Below are positions 39,796 to 51,224 of a stretch of DNA of 63,174 nucleotides, piece by piece. The DNA comes from Negaprion brevirostris (lineage: Eukaryota): positions 5,681,144 through 5,744,317 of the forward strand of contig JARDVH010000121.1 of the NCBI GenBank assembly GCA_030324005.1. The letters are read 5' to 3'. Both the position numbers and the translations under genes were made by a program. Under the pieces are notes generated by a model, which searched no databases, was not told the DNA's origin, and saw nothing but the letters and a program-made list of their open reading frames with translations. Positions within the stretch are counted from its first letter, which is position 1. Every line of letters begins with the position of its first letter.

Positions 39796-42700
39796 AAAAC
39801 AGTGACTATTACAGTATCTATAACATTGTCTATAATAGTGTCTATAAAAATGTCTGTTTCTCTGACTATTACAATGTCTATAAACAGTGACAATTACAGT
39901 GTGTTTGACCGTGACAGTAAGATTGTGTGCATCAATGCTTATAATATTGCCTATAACAGTGCATATAACAGTGCTTATTACGGTTTCTGTAACAGTGTCT
40001 CTAACAGTGTCTATGACAGTTTCTATGATAGTGTCTCTAGCTGTGTTTTATAACAGTGGCAATATCAGTGCCTATAACAGTATCTGGAACATTTTCTGTC
40101 ACTGTGTTTCTTAGTTTCTATAACACTGTCTATAATAGGGTCTATAACAGTGTCTACAACAGTTTCGATAAGAGTGACTAAAAGTGGCTAAAAAGATTTC
40201 GTACACAGTGTCTACAACAGTGTCAATATCAGTGAATACAACAGCTTCGATTACAGTGTCTTTAACTATGTCTCTAACTGCGTTCCTAACAGTGAAAAAA
40301 CAGTGTCTATCATGATGTCTATACAGGTGTCTATAAAGGTATCTATCGCAGTGTCTATACCAGTGTCTATACCGATGTCTATAACAGTGTCTATCACTGT
40401 CTACACCGATGTCTATCACAGTGTCTGTCACAGTGTCTATACCAATGTCTATAACAGTGTCTATCACAGTGTCTATACCAGCGTCTATAACAGTGTCTAT
40501 CACAGTGTCTATACCAGCGTCTATACCGATGTCTATAACAGTGTCTATCACAGTGTCTACACTGGTTTCTATAACAGTGTCTCTAACAGTGATTATACCG
40601 GTGTCAAAAACAGTGACTATAAGAAAGTCTACAAGAGTAATCTTAACAGTGAATATAACAGTAGCTATAACTGTGACTGTAATGGTGACTATTGCAATGT
40701 GCATAACAGTGTCTATGTTATTGTGTCTAACTATACTCATAACAGTGACTATAAGTATCTATGTCAGTGCTTATTGCAGTGTCTAGAACAGTGTCTGTAA
40801 CAGTGACTTTCACAGTGTCCATAACAGTGACTATAACAGTGCCTTTCCCAGTTTGTATAACAGTGTCTATTACAGTATCTTTAAAAGTGTCTATAAAAGC
40901 GTATGTAAAATGCATATAACAGTGTCTATAACAGTGTCGATAATAGTGTTTCTGACAGTGTCAACAACAATCTAACTATGGTTATTACAATGTCTATAAA
41001 AGTGACAATTACCGTAAGATTGTGTGCAATGAACTTATAACAGTGACTATAACTGTGCCTATAACAATGCTTATTATAGTGTCTATAACAGAGTTTATAA
41101 GTGTTTTTAACAGTGTCTGTAACAGTGTCAGTAACAATGTCTATAACAGTCAGTAACTGTTGATGATTACAGTGTCTTTGACCATGACAGAGCGTGTACA
41201 ACAATATTCATAATAGTGCAAATAACATTGCTTATTACAGTGTCTACAAGTGTCGATAACAGTGTTCATAACACTGACTATAACAGTGGTGTCTATAACA
41301 GTGACTATAACAGTGATTATAACGGTGGACTGTTACAATGTCTATAAATAGTGACAATCACAATGTCTTTGACCGTGACTGTAAGATTGTGTATATGTTT
41401 AAGACAGTGATATAAGTGAGTATAATAGTCTCTATAACATGACTGTAACAGTGTCTATAATAGTGTCTATAACAGTGACAATAACGGTGTCTTTGATCTT
41501 AACAGTAAAATTGTGTACATCAATGATTATAACAGTGGCTATAACACTGTTTATTGCAGTTTCTATAACAGTGTCAAAACAATGCCTATTACAGTGTCGA
41601 TTACAGTAACTATAAAATTTCTGTAGCAGTGCAAATTACAGTGTCTTTGTCCAAGACTGTAACATTGTGTATAACAATGCTTACAGCATTGTTTAAGACA
41701 GTGATATAACAGTGTACACCAATACATGTAACAGTGCATATAACTGTGCTTATTACAATTTCTATAACAGTGACAATAACAGTGTCCATAACAGCAACTA
41801 TAACAGTGTCTGTAAAAGCATCTATAGAAGTATCTATAAAAGTGTCTACAATACTGCTTATTACAACTTCTATAACACTGACTATAACAGTGACCACAAC
41901 AGTGTCTATTACTGTGACTGTTATGATGCCTATAAACAGTGACAATTACAGTGTATTTGACAGTGACAGTAACATTGTGTATAACAATGCTTATAACAAT
42001 GTCTATAACAATTTTTATTCAGGTGTCTATTACAGTGACAAAATGTCTATACCAGTGCAAATTACAGTGACTGGAAGATTGTGTATAACAATGTTTGTAG
42101 CATTGTTTGTGATAGTGAGTAACAGTGTTGATCACAGTGTATAAAGCAGTGTTACTAACACTGTCACGAACACTGTCTCCAAGTGTGATTATTACAATGT
42201 CCATTGAGTGACAATCGCAGTGTCTTTGACCATGAGAGTAGGATTGTGTGCAACAATGCTTATAACAGTGACTATAAAAGAAGATATAACAATGTCTATA
42301 ACAGTGTCTACAACAGAGTCTATAACAGAGTTTGTAACAGTGACTATAACAGTGTATAACAGTGACTATAACAGCGCCTCTAACACTGCTTATAAGAGTG
42401 TCTATTACAGTGACTATAACAGTGTCTATAACAGTGTTTAAAACAGTCAACAGTGTTTATAACAACGTCAATAGCAGGTATTATAACAGCTACTACATCA
42501 TTTTCCATAAAAGTGACTTCAGCAGTGTCTAAAACAGTGCCTATAATAGTGACTATTACAGTTTCCATAACAATACCTATAGCAGTGTCTATAAGAGTGC
42601 CTATAGCAGTGTCTATTACAGTGTCCATTACTGTGAGTATTACAATGTCTATAACAAATAACAATGTCTTTCACTTTGACTGTAAGATTGTGTATAACAA

Positions 42701-45700
42701 TGCTTATAATGGTGTTTATGACTGTGATATAACAGGATGATAACGGTGACAATAACAGCGACTATAACAGTGACTATTACAATGCCTTTAAAAGGCTCTT
42801 TAATAGTATCTATAACAGTGCTTATAACAGTTTCTGTAACAGTCTCTATGACAGTGCCTTTAACAGTGTCTAAAATAGTGCCTAAAACAGTGCCTATAAA
42901 AGTGTTTAGAACAGTGTCTTTAACAGTGACTATAATACTTTTGATNNNNNNNNNNAAGCAGTGTCTATAACAATAGCTAACAGTTCTATAACAGTGTCTA
43001 TAAGTGTCTATAACAGTCTCTATAACAATCCCCATAACAGTCTCCATAACAATGTCTATAACAATCTCTATAATAATGTCTATAACAATCTCTATAACAG
43101 TGTTTATAACAGTGCCTATAACAGTGACATAAACAGCATCAATAAGAATGTCTCTAACAGTGTCTCTAATAGTGACTATAACAGAGACTACAACAATGAC
43201 ATAAACAGCATCAATAAAAGTGTCTATAAGTGTATGTACAACAGTATCTATAACATTGTCTATAACGGTGACTATGAGAGTGACTATTATTTTATGTATA
43301 CCTGTGTTTATAACAGTGACAGTGTCAATATCTGTTATAGTACCTGTAACAGTGTTTGTAAAGATGTTTCTTACAATTTTTATAGCACTGACTACTGGAG
43401 TGTCCACAACAGTGTCTTTAACATTGTCTATAATAGCGATTGTAACAGCAACTATGATAGTGCCTCTGTGTTTATAACAATGTCAATGTCTGTAACTGTC
43501 TACAAGTGTCTTTAACAGTGACTGTAACAATGACTTTAAGAATGTCCAAAAGGATGCCTATCACAGTGACTGTAACAGTGTCTACAACTGTGTCTGTAAC
43601 AGTGCCTATAACAGCATCTACAACAGTCTCTGTAACAGTGTCTCTAACAGGCTCTATAACAGTCTAAAACAGTCTCTATGACAGTGTCTACAACAGTCTC
43701 TCTGAAAGTGCTTATAACACGACCTACAACAGTGTCTATAACAGTCTCTATAACAGTGTCTATAACATTCTCTATGACAGTGCCTATAACACGACCTACA
43801 ACAGTGTCTATAACAGTCTGTATAACAGTGTCTATAACAGTCTCTATGACAGTGTCTAAAACAGTGTCTACAACAGTGTCTGTAAGAGTTTCTATAACAG
43901 TGTCTAAAACAGTGTCTATAACATTCTCTATGACAATGCCTATAATACTACCTACAACAGTGTCTATAATAGCGTCTCTGACAGTCTCTGTAACAGTGTC
44001 TCTAACAGTGTCTCTAACTGTCTCTATAACAGTGTCTACTATTTCTTTAATATTTGTTATGAAGGTGGCTATAAGAATATGCATAACAGTGTAAATAACA
44101 GTGTAACAATAGTGTCAATAACACTGTCCGTAACAACATCAATAACAGTGTAAATAACAGTGTTAACAATTGCGTCAATAACAGTGTCCGTAACAGCATC
44201 AATAACAGTGTCAATAATGGCGTCCGTAACAGTTTCTATAATGCTGACTATATTAATGTGTACAACAGCATCTATAACTGTGACTATTACAATGTCTATA
44301 AGAGTGACAATTACAATGACTTTCACCGTGATAGTAAGATTATGTACACCAGTGCATAGTATTACAGTGCTTATTACAGTTTCTATAATAGTACCTACAA
44401 CAGTGTCTCTGACAGTGTCTGAAACAGTTTCTATAACAGTGTCTGAAACAGTCTCTATAACAGTGTCTATAACAGTCTCTATGACAGTGCCTATAACACT
44501 ACCTACAACAATGTCTACAACAGTCTGTATAACAATGTCTATAACATATCTATAATAGTGTCTTTAGCAGTCTCTATAACAGCATCTCTAACAGTCTCTA
44601 TAATAGTGTCTACAACAATCTCTATAACAGTGCCTATAACAGTAACTAAAGCAATGAGTATAACGGTGTCTGTTATAGTGACTGCAACAGTGACTATAAC
44701 AGTGTATCTTACAGTGCACCTCTTACCGTGTCTAAATAGACAAAATACACCAGAGTATGACGACTAGATTTCCACAGTAACTTCACTGCAGAGTTAATGT
44801 AAGTCTACTTGTGACACTAATAAATGAACCTTAAGAACACTAACTACAACAGTGTCTACAACAATGTCTATAACAGTAACATAAACAGCATCAATAAGAT
44901 TGTCTGTAACAGTGTCTCTAGCAGTGACTATAACAGAGACTATAACAGCGACACAAACAGCATCAATAAGTGTCTATAACAGTGCCTGCAACAGTGTCTA
45001 TAACATTGTCTATGAGAGTGATTATTATTGTACCCCAAACTCTGTTTATAACAGAAAGTGTCAATATCTATTACAGTATCTGTAACAGTATCTGTAAAGG
45101 TGCTTCTTACAGTTTTTATAGCACTGACCACAGCAATGTTTATAACAATGACTGTAACAGCGACTATGATAGTGTCTCTAACTGTGTTTAAAACAATGTC
45201 AATGTCTGTAACAGTGCCTAAAAGTGTCTTTAACATGACTGTAACAATGACTCTAGGAATGTCTATAAGAGTGTCCAAAAGAGTGTCTATCACAATGACT
45301 ATAGCAGTCAGTATAACAGCATCTGTAACCATATCTACAAAAGTGTCTAAAACACTGTCTAAAACAGTGGCAGCATCTATAACAGTGTCTATGACATTGA
45401 CTTTCACAGTCCATTACAGTGTTTATTACAATTCAAGAACAGACAGAAAAGTGACTATAACAGTGTCTCTATCAGTGTCTATTACAATCTCTATAACAGT
45501 CTCTATAACAATGTCTATAACAGTGTCTATATCAGTGACAGTGTCAAAAGCATTGTCTATAACAGGGGCTACAACAGTCTCTATAACAGTGCCTATTACA
45601 GTGTAAATAACTGTCTGTAACACAGACTACAACAGTGACTATAGCACACACTATAGCAGTGTCTATAACACTTTCTATCTTTATTATAGTTTCTATATCA

Positions 45701-45947
45701 GTATCTATAATACCGTCTACAGCAGTGACTATAACAGTGACTATAATAGTGTCTATGAAAGTATCTCCTACACCGTCTATAGCATTCACTTTCATAACGT
45801 AGTGACTATAAATGTCTATATCATTGACTGTCATATTGTCTATTATGATATTTTTAATGGTGTGTACAGTGACAATTATCATTATTACATCCTTGTCTGT
45901 TTAAAACATAATTAATCCCGTGTAAAACCATCTCTGTTTAGCTCTAT

Positions 45948-46141
45948 AGGGTAGCGCGGTGACACAATGGTTAGCACTACTGCCTCACAGTGCCAGGGGC
46001 CTGGCTTCAAATCCAGTCTTGGGTCACTGTCTGTGTGGAATTTGCACGTTCTCCCCGTGTCTGCGTGGGTTTCCTCTGGGTGCTCTGGTTTCCTCCCATA
46101 GTCCAAAGATGTGCAGGTTAGGTTGATTGGCCATGCTAAAT
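45948..46141 (+). mobile_element. V-SINE, 3' part in gap
   Basis: Head and core present. Confidence 0.88.
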
Positions 46142-46241
46142 NNNNNNNNNNNNNNNNNNNNNNNNNNNNNNNNNNNNNNNNNNNNNNNNNNNNNNNNNNN
46201 NNNNNNNNNNNNNNNNNNNNNNNNNNNNNNNNNNNNNNNNN

Positions 46242-47339
46242 TTATGATTTTGGAGTGCCACCGTCCGTATGGCTACGACTTCAGCTGAAACTTCGGAGAT
46301 AGCAGTGCTCACCTCCTCTAATCCATCCGCAGTGTCATTAGCTATCTTCTCATGAGCTGATGCCATATTGATCAACTCTCGAGCTGTCTTTGCTGTCCCA
46401 CAGGCAGGAAAGGCTATCATCCAAAACCATTGAGCTTCAGTGATGGCCCGTTTAGATCTTAACAGGTATATCTTGTGGTGGAGATGCAGAGAGTCATAAT
46501 GTCGGACATAGGGGACCACATACGCGAGATAGCAAGATCCAGACCAGTCCCAGGGAAGCCAAGGATAGGCATTATCTCCACAGACAAAATAGGTGCCATT
46601 ATACACTATCACATCGTCTAATAGGCTGGGATTGGCTGGGAAACGGTTGTCATTGGGGCATGTAATTTTTGTCCCTTCCCAACCCTAACCTTCACATTCC
46701 TTTGATAAGAGAAAGGCATTCTGTATGAACATCCCAGTTTGTGTAGTGGAACAAAGAATCTTATTTTCTTTCTGACTGGGATAGGTAATATTAAACTACT
46801 GAATGCAGTAGCTACAGCCAACGGGTATGGTTCCATTTCTTATCGGGCAGATAGATCCTCTTTGTTGATTTTTTTACAACAATGTGGGGTGGGGAGTCTG
46901 ATCTATCTTATTTGGGTTGGTAATGGTTCTTAAAAGAATTTGTTATATTACACCTCTCTGCAAGTTGAGCGATTTTTTTCTTGCCCGAAGGTACCCAGAG
47001 AGGGACATCTTGTCCGTTAACTTTTATGAAGCCCGTAGGCTTGAACACAGCCCTCATTCCGTTTTTAGTTTTGTTTTGATACAAAATCCATTCTATAATT
47101 TCCTGGAGGTTGAGAGGAGCAGGGAACAGAGGAATCCCTTCTTTAGTATGTAGTGGTATGTGTGAGCTGACCCAACACCCACTTACATTAAACGTTACAG
47201 CATACTCATAAGACATGTACAAAAAGGTGTTAGAGTGAAATCGTCCATTAGTCAGTCCATCTTTCAAACTCCTCTTCTGTACTGGTTTGGAGGGTGGGAA
47301 AAGGGCCAGGAGGCCAAGAATTAGGAAACACGCCTTCAT
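46242..47339 (-). pseudogene. env: Frameshifted gamma-type retroviral env
   Basis: Signal peptide MKACFLILGLLALFP; CWVS at the CXXC position (47166-47177); NGTYFVCG..LPWDWSGSCYLAYVVP; furin site RSKR (46448-46459); fusion peptide; heptad repeat ending VALQNH at the gap. The N- and C-terminal ORFs are in different frames. Confidence 0.9.
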
Positions 47340-48043
47340 GATGAATCACTTAGCTGTGGGAGTCCACCGCTTGCAATCAACGATTCTGTCCTTTAACTGC
47401 CACCGGAGTTTGGAGAAGCACTTGAAACGGTCCTTTCCACCTTGGTCCAAGTTTGGGGCAATCCCATCTCGAATCAGCACGAAGTCTCCTATCTGCGGTC
47501 CAAGGAAGTAGTCCTGTGGGTCAGAATCTTGATTCGGTGTCCATGGAGTTGATCCAAAAGCGCACTGTACCTGTGAATGAAGAAACTTTAAAGACAATGT
47601 TAGCCGTCGGAAGTACTTCTACATTTTATCACCCATAACGTGTAAATCTATCTGGGTGGTTGGGCTTATATTTGCATCCCAGGGTGCCCTACTGAGTCGG
47701 CCTTAAATTATTTCTGCCGCCGAAAGTCCAGTAGTAGAGTGGAGCATTATTCTCATGTGGTATAGAACTAGGGGCAAAACCTTTAACCAGTTAAGGCCGG
47801 TTTCAGACATCAGCTTAGTCAGTTTAGCTTTTAGAGTTCCGATAGCTCTTTTCATTATTCCTGCTGCCTGGGGATGGGAGGCACAGTGGAATTGCTGTTG
47901 GATGTGTAACACATCACACAATTCCTTATTGACTTTTCCTACAAAGTGGGGGCCATTATCTGAACATTATCTGCACCCCAAACCTCGGTATTACTTCAGT
48001 TAGTAACAATTATTTACTGTGCGCAGTTTACTGTTTACAATTT

Positions 48044-48572
48044 ACTGTGCACAGTTCTGGTCGCCTCACTACAGGAAGGATGTGGAAGCTGTTGAGAGGG
48101 TGCAGAGGAGATTTACACGGATGTTGCCTGGATTGGGAGGCATGCCTTATAAGGATAGGTTGGGGAAGCTAGGGCTCTTCTCCCTGGAGAGACAAAGGTT
48201 GAGAGGCAATCTGATAGAGTTTTATAAGATGTTGAGAGGAATAGATAGGGTGGATTCTCGGAGGCTATTTCCCAGGGCTGAGATGGTCGCTATGAGAGGA
48301 CACAGGTTTAAGGTGCTGGGAAGCAAGTACAGAGGAGATGTTAGGGCTAGGTTTTTCACTCAGAGGGTGGTGAGTGAGTGGAATCGGCTGCCGTCAGTGG
48401 TGGTAGAGGCGAACTCGCTGGGGTCTTTAAAAAGACTTCTGGATGAGTATGTGGGATCTAATGGGATTGGGAGTTACAGATAGTTCAATGGCTTGGTAGG
48501 TATAGATGAGATCGGCACAACTTGTGGGCCAAAGGGCCTGTTTGTGCTGTAGTGTTCTATCTTCGGAGTTCT
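48044..48572 (+). mobile_element. 5'-truncated CR1/HER1-like LINE inserted in the ERV integrase
   Basis: Open ORF2 C-terminus YCAQFWSPHYRKD..RFFTQRVV; aattttact duplicated at 48039-48047 and 48573-48581. Confidence 0.93.
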
Positions 48573-49311
48573 AATTTTACTACTGTCGAGGCCTTCTTGT
48601 TTGTCTTTGGAAAAGCCTCTATCCGTCTACTAAATACATCAACAATCACAAGACAATATTTATAGCAATGTACACGTGGCAATTCAATAAAATCTAGCTA
48701 AATACATTCAAATGGTCCATGTGACAAGGGTATTCTTTCTGGTGAGCATCTCATCCCTTGACCAACATTGTGTTGCTGGCATGTCAAACATGATGCTATA
48801 GGAGACTGGGCTGTCTCAGCTAACCGGGGGATGCCACCAGGTACGAAGCGTAACAACAGTGATTCCCTCCTTGCCAAGGTGGGTATCAGAATGAAGACAA
48901 TCAATGAGCAAAGGCAACAAAGCATCAAGTATACATACCTGGCTGATTGGAGTAACCCAAAGGCCTGATGACGCAGAATGTGAACATCCACGCGCTTTCC
49001 AAATGTCCTTTTCAGAGGCAGGGGTGTCCCCCTGCAAGCGCTGGATAGTGACAGTATCTGGCATGCCCGTCGTGTTTGAAGAAGGCGAGCGATTTATCGC
49101 CTGCTTGCTCATAAAGGCCACAATAAAGGTTTGATCTGCAGCAGCCTGATCAGCCCTGAGTAACTGCAGAGTCATCGGTGGCATGGGCAGCGCATTTGAT
49201 AATAGCCAATTGTTTAGGGAGGAGAATGATTGCCTGGAAAAGGTTTTGGACATACAGAGAATTCAGGATGGGCGTGCCCAAGGACATTAAAAACCCACAC
49301 TGAGACCATAG

Positions 49312-49926
49312 TTAGAATCATAGAAAAACTACAGCACAGACAGGCCCTTTGGCCCACAAGTTGCGTTGATCTTGTCTCTACCTACCTATAACCCTCAATC
49401 CTATTAAGTCCCATGTACTCATCCAGAAGTCTCTTAAAAGAACCTAATGAATTTGCCTCCACCACCACCGACGGCAGCCGATTCCACACACCCACCACCT
49501 TCTGAGTGAAAAACCTACCCCTGACATCTCCTCTGTACCTACTCCCCAGCACCTCAAACCTGTGTCCTTTTGTGGCAGCCATTTCAACCCTGGGGAAAAG
49601 CCTCTCAGAGTCTACCTGACCAATACCTCTCATTATCTTATACACCTCTATCAGGTTCCCTCTCATCCTTCGTCTCTCTCAGGAGAAAAGATTGAGCTCT
49701 CTCAACCTATCCTCATATGGCATGTCACCCAATCCAGGTAACATCCTTTTAAATTTCCTCTGCGCCCTTTCAGTGGCTTCCACATCCTTCCTGTAATGAG
49801 GCGACCAGAACTGAGCACAGTGCTCCAAGTGGGGTCTGACCAGGGTCTTATGCAGCTGCAGCATTATCTCCCGACTCCGAAACTCAATCCTTCTATTGAT
49901 GAAGGCCAGTACACCGTAAGCCTTCA
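49312..49926 (-). mobile_element. 5'-truncated CR1/HER1-like LINE, same family as 48044-48572
   Basis: LVRPHLEHCAQFWSPHYRKD..RGRFFTQKVV. Confidence 0.93.
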
Positions 49927-49936
49927 TTCAGGGGAA

Positions 49937-50090
49937 TGATGTGGAGATGCTGGTGTTGGCCTGGGGTGGGAACAGTAAGAAGTCACCAGGTTAAAGTCCA
50001 ACAGGTTTATTTGGTAGCACAAGCTTTCAAAGCACTGCCTCTTCATCAGGTGAGACTTTAACCTGGCTTTGTAAGACTTCTTACTTTGCC
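49937..50090 (-). mobile_element. Penelope-like-derived small element, copy 3
   Basis: Starts TGATGTGGAGATGC. Inverted arms agtaagaagtc..ccaggttaaagtc / gactttaacctgg..gacttcttact. TSD-like ttcaggggaa/ttcagaggaa. Confidence 0.75.
50018..50052 (-). ncRNA. Minimal type I hammerhead ribozyme motif
   Basis: Minus strand reads CAC CUGAUGA A GAGGC AGU GCUUU GAAA GCU U GUG. It has intact CUGAUGA and GAAA boxes, a wobble-rich stem II, a palindromic AGCU in place of helix III, and a 3-bp helix I (CAC/GUG). Confidence 0.65.
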
Positions 50091-50716
50091 TTCAGAGGAA
50101 CATTACGTTTTCCATACCTGTAAGGTCAGTTGATCATGGAGTTTGCTCCAATATCCCTTTTGATATTTGTCTCTTGGCTGATATTTTTAAAAACATTTTT
50201 TTTGTGTCCATTCACCTCACTGCTCTTGTTTGTGTGTGTGGTCAATTGTTTCCAACATTTGCTGCACTACCTGCCTTTCAAAAATGCTTTATTTTCCCGC
50301 AGGCCCTGTGGGCATCCTTACACCTTGAGTAGCACACTTCCGAGATGCATTGTCTCGCTCTTTCCCCTTTAACAATGCCCACATTTACCCCAAAAGCCAA
50401 ACGCAGCAAAGCTTGCAACGTTTCCGTTAAACACTGGAATTAATCAGCACATCAGCTGGAATCTATAGCAGGAGAAACAGAACATTAAGGTTATATGTGA
50501 AAGAGTGAAAGGGGATGATATACAGTGGATTAGGCAGGCAGGAGAGATTAAATGACTAAGCAATGGTGTTGCACAGCCACAAAAAGAGGTAATGATGTGG
50601 CGGCTGAATGGCAGCTTCCGCCCTCCTCCTACTCCTCCTGGCTACTGCTCTGCTCCTCCCTGAGTCACGCTCAGTGTGAGCTGAAGGAACACCACCTTGC
50701 CCCTCGTCACAGCGCA

Positions 50717-51011
50717 CTAGAAACCCTACAGTGCAGAAGGCCACTCAGCCCATCAAGTCTGCACTGACAACAATCCCACCCAGGCCCTATCCCTGTAACG
50801 CCACATATTTACCCTGCTGAGCCCCTGACACTAAGGGGCAAGTTCCCATGGCCAATCCACCTAAACCGCACATCTTTGGACTGTGGGGGGGAAACTGGAG
50901 CACCTGAAGGAAACCCACGCAGACACGAGGAGAATGTGTAAACTTCACTCAGACAGTGACCTGAGGCCGGAATTGAACCTGGGTCCCTGGCACTAACCAC
51001 TATGCCACCTT
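50717..51011 (-). mobile_element. HE1-like V-SINE
   Basis: Reverse complement of head, core and tail. Confidence 0.88.
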
Positions 51012-51224
51012 CAACATTGAGTTCAACAAGTTCAAACCCTAACCGCCACTCATATCTTTTCAGACATTAGGTGCCAGCAACGATTCTGTCACTTCCACCT
51101 CCTCTGCCCCCTCTCCCCTGAACCTTTGTAAATTTAATTTGCCCCAATTTGCATCCCACTTTGTCATTCAATCTCTCCTGTTTTCTGCCCTGTCATGGGC
51201 CTTTAGTAACCTTGCCCCCTCCCC

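Larger units (their letters stand above)
24240..45890. repeat. ~21.6 kb AT-rich satellite, 12-bp unit TATAACAGTGTC, with higher-order blocks
   Basis: Continuous degenerate tandem repeat; it produces the SITV/VYNS/DTVI/RHCY low-complexity ORFs. Confidence 0.97.
46242..49311 (-). mobile_element. Class I (gamma/epsilon-like) endogenous retrovirus remnant: RNase H, integrase and env; no gag, RT or LTR visible
   Basis: RNase H LWSQCGFL..LLPKQLAIIKCAAH (49140-49311). Integrase HHCC (LHSDTHLG..CLTCQQHN), LDFIELP..VDVFSR, SDNGPHF and PRWKGPFQVLL. env follows directly. Confidence 0.92.

Noticed and set aside
24334-45882. Dozens of ITVS/YNSV/DTVI ORFs resembling antifreeze, mucin or beta-solenoid proteins
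   Set aside because: A 12-bp unit leaves four of six frames stop-free. There are frequent indels and no exon structure, so this is satellite artefact.
46242-47339. Domesticated, syncytin-like env gene
   Set aside because: Frameshifted, CXXC mutated and still attached to a decayed pol.
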